Assembly (NCBI GenBank): GCA_049511275.1
Contig: JBEKYE010000001.1
Coordinates: 1-45,180, forward strand
Direction: 5' to 3'
DNA length: 45,180 bases
Origin: Bryobacteraceae bacterium
GTDB taxonomy: Bacteria > Acidobacteriota > Terriglobia > Bryobacterales > Bryobacteraceae
Under the pieces are notes generated by a model, which was not told where the DNA came from, did not search any database, and worked only from the letters and a program-made list of their open reading frames with translations. The position numbers and the translations under genes were made by a program. Shown here one piece after another: positions 27,077 to 34,285 of the stretch. Numbering within the stretch: the stretch's first letter is position 1; each line of letters starts with the position of its first letter.

Positions 27077-28099
27077 ATGTCAAACGGATTTCGTCCCTGG
27101 ATTTCCCTGCTCGCTTTCGCGCTTCTCGCCGCGCCCCTCGCCCCCGCGGCCGACGATCTGCGCATTTCCGGTCCCTTCACGCATGACAACCTCTCGGTCT
27201 TCCTGATCCACGGCGCCCGCCCGGACGCCGCCAAAGGAAAACTCCTGACGCTGCACGAAGCCATGGATGCCAAGAAGGTAGTGGTCTACGAGACCGGCAC
27301 CGTGAATGCGCTCTCCATCGAGAACCAGTCGTCCCAGGACGTGTACATCCAGTCCGGAGACATCGTCAAAGGAGGCCGCCAGGATCGTGTCCTGACCACC
27401 GACCTCATCCTGCCCGCGCACTCCGGCAAGCTCGCCATCTCCTCCTTCTGCGTGGAGCAGGGCCGCTGGACCAGGCGCGGTAACGAGCCCGCCGATCAGT
27501 TCGGCACATCCGACAAAGTGTTGGCCTTCAGGCAACTCAAGATGGCCGTGCACGAACCAAACGCCCAGATGCAAGTCTGGAACGAGGTGGCGAATGCGCG
27601 CCAGTCGCTGGCGGAAACGGTGACGGTCACTGGCGCCGTCGCGGCTACGCCACCCGCCATGCCCCGTTCCACCAGCATGCAAATGGCGCTCGAAAGCAAA
27701 CCCGTGGTCGACGCCACCGCCGCCTACATCAAAGATCTCGCCAAAATCGTCGACAGCCAGAACGACGTCGTGGGCTTCGTCTACGCCATCAACGGCGCCG
27801 TCAACAGCGGCGATGTGTATGCCTCGAACGACCTGTTCCGGCGCATGTGGCCGATGCTTCTCGAATCGAGCGCCACCGAAGCCCTCGCCGAGCGCGCCAA
27901 AGCCGCCAAGACCGCAATACCCGACTTGGCCACCGTGAAGAGCTTCCTCGCCGACGCCGACGGCGGCCGGGAATCCTCGAAGCAGACCAATGGCCGTCTG
28001 TCGATCGCTAGGAAGGAATCGCCAAGAACGTTGCTCTTCGAAACCCGCGACCCGAATCAGGCCGGCGGCTGGATCCACAAGAGCTACGTCGTCAAATAA
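27077..28099 (+). CDS. Secreted conserved protein of unknown function (resembles the family I recall being annotated 'ARPP-1 family domain')
   Basis: 340 aa. The signal peptide is 'WISLLAFALLAAPLAPAAD'. The core is 'LSVFLIHG...LTLHEAMDAKKVVVYETG...IENQSSQDVYIQSGDIVKGGRQDRVL...PAHSGKLAISSFCVEQGRW'. Confidence 0.5.
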   Translation: MSNGFRPWISLLAFALLAAPLAPAADDLRISGPFTHDNLSVFLIHGARPDAAKGKLLTLHEAMDAKKVVVYETGTVNALSIENQSSQDVYIQSGDIVKGGRQDRVLTTDLILPAHSGKLAISSFCVEQGRWTRRGNEPADQFGTSDKVLAFRQLKMAVHEPNAQMQVWNEVANARQSLAETVTVTGAVAATPPAMPRSTSMQMALESKPVVDATAAYIKDLAKIVDSQNDVVGFVYAINGAVNSGDVYASNDLFRRMWPMLLESSATEALAERAKAAKTAIPDLATVKSFLADADGGRESSKQTNGRLSIARKESPRTLLFETRDPNQAGGWIHKSYVVK

Positions 28100-28120
28100 G
28101 AAGACCGTCTTCGGGAACCG

Positions 28121-28155
28121 TGGTGGGGCAGGCGGTGCTCGCCTGCCCAAACCAC
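28121..28155 (+). repeat. Family-B hairpin repeat, copy B4, between convergent genes (likely bidirectional terminator)
   Basis: TGGTGGGGCAGGCG-gtgct-CGCCTGCCCAAACCACC. It abuts the efp stop codon at 28156-28158. Confidence 0.6.
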
Positions 28156-28734
28156 CTACGTCCCCTTCGTCCGCGCCCGGTCCATGTACTTTCGCGTCCC
28201 CAGATCCAGCCGGATCCAGTCGCCGTTCTTCACAAACTGCGGCACCATCACCTCGACGCCGTTCGTCAGTTTCGCCGGCTTGAAGGCGCTGTCGGCCTGC
28301 ATGTGCATCGGCGGCGCGGTGTCGGCGATCTTGACTTCCAGCACATCGGGAAAAACCACGCTCACCGGACGGCTCTCCAGGAATTCGACCCCGATCTTCG
28401 TCCCGGCTTCCAGAAACACCGCCCGCTCGCCCACCACCGCTAGCGGAATCTCGGTCTGCTCGTACGATTCCGGATCCATGAAGCAGCACTGGTCGGCATC
28501 GCCATACAGAAATTCCATCGGCCGCTTCTGCAGAGCCACTTCCTCGAACCTCAGCTCCGAACGGAAACTGTGCTCCCAAAAAGTGCCTGTATTCAGATTC
28601 TGCAGGCGTGTGTGCGCCACGCCTCCCATTCTTCCCTGCCCGGGATGGTACTCCACGGCGGTCACTCGATAAATCTGCCCTTCGTAACGAATGGCCATCC
28701 CGGGACGCAGTTGCGATGCCGTAATCATTGCCAC
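28156..28734 (-). CDS. efp: Elongation factor P family protein with extended, Lys-less modification loop (EfpL/YeiP-like)
   Basis: 192 aa with full three-domain EF-P similarity ('ASQLRPGMAIRYEGQIYRV...', 'KPAKLTNGVEVMVPQFV'). The loop reads HPGQGRMGGVA instead of KPGKGQA. ATG at 28728 with GGAGGT upstream is the likely true start. Confidence 0.85.
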   Translation of the reverse strand: MAMITASQLRPGMAIRYEGQIYRVTAVEYHPGQGRMGGVAHTRLQNLNTGTFWEHSFRSELRFEEVALQKRPMEFLYGDADQCCFMDPESYEQTEIPLAVVGERAVFLEAGTKIGVEFLESRPVSVVFPDVLEVKIADTAPPMHMQADSAFKPAKLTNGVEVMVPQFVKNGDWIRLDLGTRKYMDRARTKGT

Positions 28735-28751
28735 CTCCGGCTATACCGCCG

Positions 28752-28937
28752 TCACGAAGAGGGTTCGTGATCGTGCGCGGTTGGCGAAGCGGTCGCGTGC
28801 GGCGGCTTCGCCGATGGTCCCCGGAAATTCTGGCGGGGGTCTGGCCGCAGTTTCATCGCCTGCGGCGGCCTGTAATGGGTTTTGGTCCGTTCCACCGTCC
28901 AGGTGCGGATGACCTGAGGATGGCGTCCCTTGTCCAT
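28752..28937 (-). CDS. Candidate 61-aa upstream ORF between the sugar-phosphate operon and efp
   Basis: AGGAGG lies 5 nt before the ATG. Third-codon positions are mostly G/C in this frame. The product is basic and Pro-rich with RPPQ and KPPH. The stop is 18-24 nt before the efp start. I recognised no homologue. Confidence 0.3.
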   Translation of the reverse strand: MDKGRHPQVIRTWTVERTKTHYRPPQAMKLRPDPRQNFRGPSAKPPHATASPTAHDHEPSS

Positions 28938-28984
28938 ACATTCCTCCTGTCGTCCATTAGTTTACACCGCGTGCGGTTGCGCCC

Positions 28985-29542
28985 TTACTTTTCGACGTCC
29001 ATGAAGGAATACACGATCATGTGGCAAACGATCATGTGGGCATCTTCGATGCGCCCCACGTGGGGCACCGGCACCTGGATGTTGAGCTGCGCCTTGGGGC
29101 CGAGCTTGCCGCCATCGCGGCCGGTGAGCGAGAGCGTCCGGCAGCCGAGTTGATTGGCGTAGTCCATGGCGCGGAGGACGTTGGGCGAGTTGCCGGAGCT
29201 GCTGATGCCCATGAAGAGATCGCCGGGCTGGGCGAAGTTCTTGAGCTGCTCGACGAAGACTGCGTCGTAGCTGACATCGTTGGCATAGGCGGTAAGCGTG
29301 GCTAACTGGTCGGTGAGAGCCATGATGCGGAAGCGCGATTGGCGGTTGAAGCTCGCGCCTTTGACGATGTCGCAGGCGAAGTGAGAGGCGGTCGAAGCGC
29401 TGCCGCCGTTGCCGCACACGAAGATGCACCGGCCGGCGGCGCGGGCGTCCCGGAACCATTCGATGGCCTGGTTCACTTTGGCCAGATCGATGGCCTCGAT
29501 CGCCTGCAGGAGGTCCGTTTTGTAACCTTGCGGATAAGTCAT
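28985..29542 (-). CDS. gmhA: SIS-domain sugar-phosphate isomerase, GmhA (sedoheptulose-7-P isomerase)-like
   Basis: 185 aa. 'CGNGGSASTASHFACD', 'GISSSGNSPNVLRA', 'LTGRDGGKLG' and 'IQVP...RIEDAHMIVCHMI' align with the E. coli GmhA motifs as I recall them. Confidence 0.75.
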   Translation of the reverse strand: MTYPQGYKTDLLQAIEAIDLAKVNQAIEWFRDARAAGRCIFVCGNGGSASTASHFACDIVKGASFNRQSRFRIMALTDQLATLTAYANDVSYDAVFVEQLKNFAQPGDLFMGISSSGNSPNVLRAMDYANQLGCRTLSLTGRDGGKLGPKAQLNIQVPVPHVGRIEDAHMIVCHMIVYSFMDVEK

Positions 29543-30396
29543 GAAGGTTTCCGTTGTCCGGCCAGCACCAGCGCTCCGTAGAGCACGCTGTCATCGCCCA
29601 GGGCCGCCGGCACCACCTCGATGCGCGCAGCCGACCAGCCGGTGATCTGCCGCCGCAATTCCACGCGCAACGGCGCGAAGAGGGGATCGCCCGCTTTGCC
29701 GATGCCGCCGCCGATTACGATCCGCGCCGGGTTCAATAACATGATACACGCCTTGAGACCGAGCGCGAGATCCACCACATAGCGGCGGACAAATTCGGGA
29801 TCGGCGAGCAGATCCTTGGCGGTGCGGCCATGGTCGCGCTCCAGCCACAGGCCGCTGCACATGCGCTCGAAGCAGCCTTGGGCGCCGCACAGGCAGGTCG
29901 GGCCATCGGGACGGATGGTGAGATGGCCGATCTCGCCGGCGTAGGAATCGGCGCCCCGCCAGACATTGCCGGCGCTGTAGATGCCGCCGCCGATGCCGGT
30001 GGAGAGGGTCATGTAGAAGAGCGGATCGGCGCCTTGGCCGGCGCCGTGCGTAGCTTCGCCGATAGCGCCTACGTTGGCGTCGTTGTCCATGATTACCGGA
30101 ATGCCAAGCTCCTTTTCCAGGTGCGCCGTGAACGGGAAATCGCGCCAGCCGCCCACGTGCGTCGAGAGCGCTACACGCTGGGCGGCGAAATCGACGGGAC
30201 CGCCGAAGCCCACGCCGCAGTTGTCGAAAGTGAGGTCGGCTCGCCAGGCGCGGGTCATGGCGGCGAGCTGGGAGAGCATCCAGTCGCGGCCGCCCTGCTT
30301 GTCGGTCGAGCGGGATTCGCGCCGCATGAGGCGGCCGTCCTGGAAAGCGGCGATGGAGAACTTCGTGCCGCCGATATCGATGGCCAGGGTGGTCAT
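29539..30396 (-). CDS. ROK-family sugar kinase
   Basis: I chose the start at 'MTTLAIDIGGTKFS' because it makes an ATGA overlap with the upstream gene. The ROK zinc motif 'CLCGAQGCFE' and 'GEIGH' are present. Confidence 0.85.
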   Translation of the reverse strand: MTTLAIDIGGTKFSIAAFQDGRLMRRESRSTDKQGGRDWMLSQLAAMTRAWRADLTFDNCGVGFGGPVDFAAQRVALSTHVGGWRDFPFTAHLEKELGIPVIMDNDANVGAIGEATHGAGQGADPLFYMTLSTGIGGGIYSAGNVWRGADSYAGEIGHLTIRPDGPTCLCGAQGCFERMCSGLWLERDHGRTAKDLLADPEFVRRYVVDLALGLKACIMLLNPARIVIGGGIGKAGDPLFAPLRVELRRQITGWSAARIEVVPAALGDDSVLYGALVLAGQRKPS

Positions 30397-31376
30397 GGCA
30401 GGCTTCCGGCGGCTTGGATCTCGGCGGGTGAAGCCGTGCCCGTGCCCTTCTTCATGATGGTGATGCCGGCTACCCGGTTGCCGAACCTGCATGCCGCCGC
30501 CGGGTCACGGGTTACGCTGAGGGCCACCGCCGTGCCGGCGGCGAAGCTGTCGCCGGCTCCGCAGATGTCTACCGGGTTGTCTGCCGGATTGGTTTTGACC
30601 CAGGTTTCACCCTGACTGTCGAGGAGCAGGGCGCCGTGGCTGCCGTGGGTCACGATCATCAGCGGAGCCTTCGCCCGGCGGCGCAACTCCGCATAGTCCA
30701 GGCGGCCCAACAAGGATCGGCAGGCCGTCTCCGCTTCCCGCCGGTTGGGCTTGAGGATCAAGTTGCGAAACTGCTCGATGCGGGTGCGGGAATCGGCCAG
30801 CATCACTTTCTCGGGATACTGGAGAGCGAGATCGGCCAGCAGGTTCCGCAGCGCCGGCGTGACTACGCCGCCCTGGCTGGTCTCGGCCTGATCGGATACC
30901 AGGATCACATCGAAGCCATCGATGGTCTGCCGCAGGCGATCGAGGATGAGCCGCTCGACCGCGGCCGGGACGGGGTGAACGTTGATGAAATCGATGCGCG
31001 GCTGATCTTCGATGCCGGTGGACTGATTGATCAGCTTGGTATAAGTAAAGGTCTGCATGTGATCGCTGCGAACACTCAGGCCGGAGTCGATGCCGCGGCG
31101 GCTGAGGGCACGGGAGAGTTCGTCGCCATGACCGTCATGACCGATGGCGCCCAGGACCGCTACCCGGCCGACGCCGAGCGAGGCGAGATTGTTGGCCACG
31201 GTGCCGCCGGCGCCGGGCGTAACTTCGACGGAGACCACGCCGGTCCGCGGGATGCCGGTCTCGCGCGACGGCTCGGCGGCCGAGGGGTCGTAGGTGCACC
31301 AGCGGTCCAGGCAGATATCGCCGACCACCAGGGCGGAGATTCGCGGCAGCGCGCCGAGGATCTCTGCGGTGGTCAT
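30393..31376 (-). CDS. PfkB-family kinase resembling the heptose-7-phosphate kinase domain of HldE/RfaE (HldA-like); no adenylyltransferase domain
   Basis: 'ALVVGDICLDRW...PGAGGTVANNLASLG' matches the HldE domain-I N-terminus as I recall it. 'DICGAGDSFAAG' is the PfkB signature. The start at 31376 makes an ATGA overlap with the upstream stop. Confidence 0.7.
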   Translation of the reverse strand: MTTAEILGALPRISALVVGDICLDRWCTYDPSAAEPSRETGIPRTGVVSVEVTPGAGGTVANNLASLGVGRVAVLGAIGHDGHGDELSRALSRRGIDSGLSVRSDHMQTFTYTKLINQSTGIEDQPRIDFINVHPVPAAVERLILDRLRQTIDGFDVILVSDQAETSQGGVVTPALRNLLADLALQYPEKVMLADSRTRIEQFRNLILKPNRREAETACRSLLGRLDYAELRRRAKAPLMIVTHGSHGALLLDSQGETWVKTNPADNPVDICGAGDSFAAGTAVALSVTRDPAAACRFGNRVAGITIMKKGTGTASPAEIQAAGSLP

Positions 31377-32356
31377 GCTCCCTCCTGGATCGCGCGCTCC
31401 AGAATCGCCCGGCGGAGAGCCGGGAACGTGGCGCGGTGATCGCCGCAGAAGTAGAAGCTGGAGCCGCCGTCGGCCACGGTACGCACCAGCATAGTTTTGT
31501 GCGGCCGGAAATAGTAGCCGGGATTGGTTTTGGGAAGCTCTTCCTGGATGTTGTCGCCGATCGGGAGGAGATCGAAGACGGCGGTCGCAACATCGCGGAT
31601 GGCGCGGCCCTCCTGGCGGGCCACGTTGCGGCTCATGGCGAGCGCTTTGAGGTAGACTTCGGGCGCCATGACGGCGGAGCCGAAGCTGAGCATAACGCCG
31701 CCTTCCAGCCGCTCCACGGTGGCGGCGAAGATCAGGAAGTCGCGATAGCTGGCGGCGCCCAGTGCGGCGCCGTCGCAGTTGGGATGTTCGTGCAGAATGT
31801 CGTAGCCGACGCCGACGTGAACGGTGACCGGGACCGAGCAGCGCCAGGCCGCCGCCAGGACGCTGAGATCGCGATGCGGATAATCGCTCCTCTCGATGCG
31901 CCGGCCGACATTCTCGCCGAGGCCGAGGGACAGGGCGGCGGCCTCGGAGATCCAGTCGTTGAGCTCGCCGGTTTCCCGCCACAGGCCGAATTCTCCGGTG
32001 CGGATGTAGCGGGCCACGCTCTCGGTGGTGGCCCCGATGCGGGCAAGCTCGTAATCGTGGATGGCGCCGGCGCCGTTGAGGGCGATATGGTCGATGAAGC
32101 CGCGCTCCACCAGGTCGATGATCTGGCGATTGACGCCGGCGCGGAGCACGTGCGCGCCCATCATGAGGATCCGGGCCGCGCCGCGCCGGCGCGCGGCGAC
32201 CACTCGGGCGGCCACCTCGGCGAGTCGCGGGTGGGCATAGAGGTCCGGCGCTTCCTCTAGGGCCAGCCAATGATCCACGGCGAGATCGTGGACGCGCTCG
32301 GCCAGCGGTTTGACCACCAGGCGCGAACGGTCGAAGACTGGATATTTACTTTCCAT
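31373..32356 (-). CDS. Deoxyhypusine-synthase-fold (DHS-like) protein, divergent; function unknown
   Basis: 327 aa starting at Met 'MESKYPVF'. 'ILMMGAHVLRAGVNRQIIDLVERGFIDHIALNGAGAIHDYELA' aligns by eye to DHS '[43 protein letters not shown]'. Coding status is secure. The fold assignment is unverified. Confidence 0.5.
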   Translation of the reverse strand: MESKYPVFDRSRLVVKPLAERVHDLAVDHWLALEEAPDLYAHPRLAEVAARVVAARRRGAARILMMGAHVLRAGVNRQIIDLVERGFIDHIALNGAGAIHDYELARIGATTESVARYIRTGEFGLWRETGELNDWISEAAALSLGLGENVGRRIERSDYPHRDLSVLAAAWRCSVPVTVHVGVGYDILHEHPNCDGAALGAASYRDFLIFAATVERLEGGVMLSFGSAVMAPEVYLKALAMSRNVARQEGRAIRDVATAVFDLLPIGDNIQEELPKTNPGYYFRPHKTMLVRTVADGGSSFYFCGDHRATFPALRRAILERAIQEGA

Positions 32357-33191
32357 TGGGAAACAGGGTAGCCAGCAATTCTTCCCGGCAGAGGAAGTTG
32401 GGAATGATGAAATCGGCTCCGACACTGCTGAGGCGCCGGCGCTTCCAGGCGTCGACGGCCTGGCAGGCGGGCTCGTCGGTGGCGACTCCCACGGCCACTC
32501 CGCCCACTTCCTTGATATTTTCAATCTCCACGTAGCCATCCCCGAAGCAGAGCAACTGGTCGCCGCGGCATTCGGCGCTGGCGATGACACGCTCGATCAG
32601 GATCTTCTTGGAAAAACTCTGGTAATCGTCCAGGGCGCCGTAGACGCCGCCATCGAAGTAACGGTCCACGTCGAGGAGGCGCGCTTCCTGGCGCATGAAC
32701 TCCTGATCCGTGCCGCTGGCGAGGTACAGCTTCAAGCCGCGCGCCCGCAGTGCTTCGACGAGAGCGCGGGCGCCGGGGACGAGGTACTTTTCGGGAGAGG
32801 CGCCTTGCGCCAGGTCGTCGAGGCGGTGGCGGATTTTCCGGTGGAGGCGCCCCAGGTAGATGCGCTTGTACTCAAGCGGATCGAGGGGCTTGCCGCCGTA
32901 GCCGCGGACCTGATCGGCAAACTCGATCATCTGGTAGATGGTCTGCTTCCCGGTGAGGCGGCCCACGCGCTCCTCCACCATCGCGCGCAGTTGTTCCACC
33001 GGCTCGCCGCTATTCAGGTCGGCCAGAGTTTCCACCATCATGGGGATCATCACCTCCATCCAGCCGGATCGGATGAGGGAGAGGGTGCCGTCAAAATCAA
33101 AGAGGCAGACCCGGGCGTTTCGGGCGGAGACGCCCGGGTGGAGCTGTTCGACCATAAGGGTGTTAGCACTATTGTAAGAGCGAACCAGCAT
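32346..33191 (-). CDS. HAD-superfamily hydrolase (subfamily IA-like phosphatase)
   Basis: 'CLFDFDGTLSLIRSG', 'LYLASGTDQ' and 'CFGDGYVEIENIK' are HAD motifs I-IV. The start is uncertain (33191 or 33155). The rest of track ORF 32346..34040 is an artefactual extension. Confidence 0.7.
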   Translation of the reverse strand: MLVRSYNSANTLMVEQLHPGVSARNARVCLFDFDGTLSLIRSGWMEVMIPMMVETLADLNSGEPVEQLRAMVEERVGRLTGKQTIYQMIEFADQVRGYGGKPLDPLEYKRIYLGRLHRKIRHRLDDLAQGASPEKYLVPGARALVEALRARGLKLYLASGTDQEFMRQEARLLDVDRYFDGGVYGALDDYQSFSKKILIERVIASAECRGDQLLCFGDGYVEIENIKEVGGVAVGVATDEPACQAVDAWKRRRLSSVGADFIIPNFLCREELLATLFPNGK

Positions 33192-33278
33192 CGCCGGGAT
33201 GTTTGAGCCTGCGGCAGGCTGGTCCGCCACGGCCGCTTCCGTCCCGGATAACCGGAAGCCGCCTGACCGCGCCGGGGC

Positions 33279-34265
33279 TTGCGCGCGACCCCGCTTGGGG
33301 AGTATCGTCATCTCGTGATTGTCACGCGACGTACCATTCTCACCGCCATATCCGCGGCCGCCGCCGTTCAGGGTCAGCGCAACCGCCCGCCGAACTGGAC
33401 ACCCAGACTCGGCGTTCTGATGCAGTACTCGGATTCCAACCTGGAGTTCGTCAAAGCCGAAGGCTTTACCAGCGCGCAGCTCCGGCTCAATCCCGATCAA
33501 CTGGACGATGCCGCCATCGCCGCCATCAAGGACAAAATCGCCCGCAGCGGTATCTACATTTCCTCGCTGGCCGTGGATGGCAACCACATCGATCCCGACC
33601 CGGCCAGGCGCGATCGCCAGAACACCTACACCCTCAAATGCCTGGATCTGTGCGGCAAGCTTGACATCCCCAACATCGGTGGCCAGAGCGGCACCATTCC
33701 GAATATGGGTCTGCAACAGCAGGTGGACGAGATAGTCAAGGTTTACACCGAAAAGTACTTCGTTTCCTGCGAGAAGAACAAAGTGCGCATCCTGTGGGAG
33801 CCCTACGCCGGCGGGCCGAACATCGCCACCGGGCCGGTGGGCTGGGAAGCGCTCTTCAAAGCCTTCCAAGACAGCCCGCACGTGGGTCTGCAGTTCGACC
33901 CGTCGCACCTGGTGTGGCAGTTCATGGACCCGGTGGCGGCAGCGCGCGAATTCGCCGACAAGATTTACGACGTCCACCTCAAAGACACGGAGATTCTCTG
34001 GCCTCTGGTGAAACGCGGCGGCATCCAGCCCGTGAATCACGCCCGCTGGTGGCGTTTCCGCTTACCCGGATACGGCTCGGTGGATTGGAAAGGCTTTTTC
34101 ACAGTGCTCTCCGAAGTCGGATACACGGGGGCCATGAACATCGAGAACGAAGACGAGTTCTACTACCCGGCGTACAGCGGCGCGAACTTCACGGAACAGT
34201 ACAAACGCGGCTTCCGCCTGGCACACGAGTTCCTCAAGACCCTGGTGCCTCCGGTAAAGGCATAA
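33279..34265 (+). CDS. Xylose-isomerase-like TIM-barrel protein (sugar phosphate isomerase/epimerase family) with Tat-like leader
   Basis: 328 aa. It has the 'TRRTILTAISAAAAV' leader and the typical 'FDPSHLVWQ...HLKD...G.VDW' pattern of this family. Confidence 0.7.
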   Translation: MRATPLGEYRHLVIVTRRTILTAISAAAAVQGQRNRPPNWTPRLGVLMQYSDSNLEFVKAEGFTSAQLRLNPDQLDDAAIAAIKDKIARSGIYISSLAVDGNHIDPDPARRDRQNTYTLKCLDLCGKLDIPNIGGQSGTIPNMGLQQQVDEIVKVYTEKYFVSCEKNKVRILWEPYAGGPNIATGPVGWEALFKAFQDSPHVGLQFDPSHLVWQFMDPVAAAREFADKIYDVHLKDTEILWPLVKRGGIQPVNHARWWRFRLPGYGSVDWKGFFTVLSEVGYTGAMNIENEDEFYYPAYSGANFTEQYKRGFRLAHEFLKTLVPPVKA

Positions 34266-34285
34266 ACCGCCGGAGCCTGGCGCTC

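Noticed and set aside
28741-28956. Alternative small ORFs in the efp-upstream gap: the 66-aa ORF starting at 28941 and a 34-aa ORF starting at 28956.
   Set aside because: The 28941 ATG is only 1 nt from the SD. The 34-aa frame lacks an SD and is Arg-rich junk. The 61-aa frame has the best SD spacing and GC3 bias, so only that one is reported, and at low confidence.
30393-32270. Over-extended ORF-track models. They are the 625-aa form of the PfkB kinase, the 564-aa form of the HAD gene (32346-34040), the 405-aa form of the DHS-like gene, the 432-aa form of the OFOR alpha subunit, the 371-aa form of DmsC and the 317-aa form of the ROK kinase.
   Set aside because: The N-terminal extensions are Arg/Pro-rich junk that overlaps the preceding gene out of frame. 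Internal Met starts give family-typical N-termini and ATGA-type coupling with the upstream stop codons.
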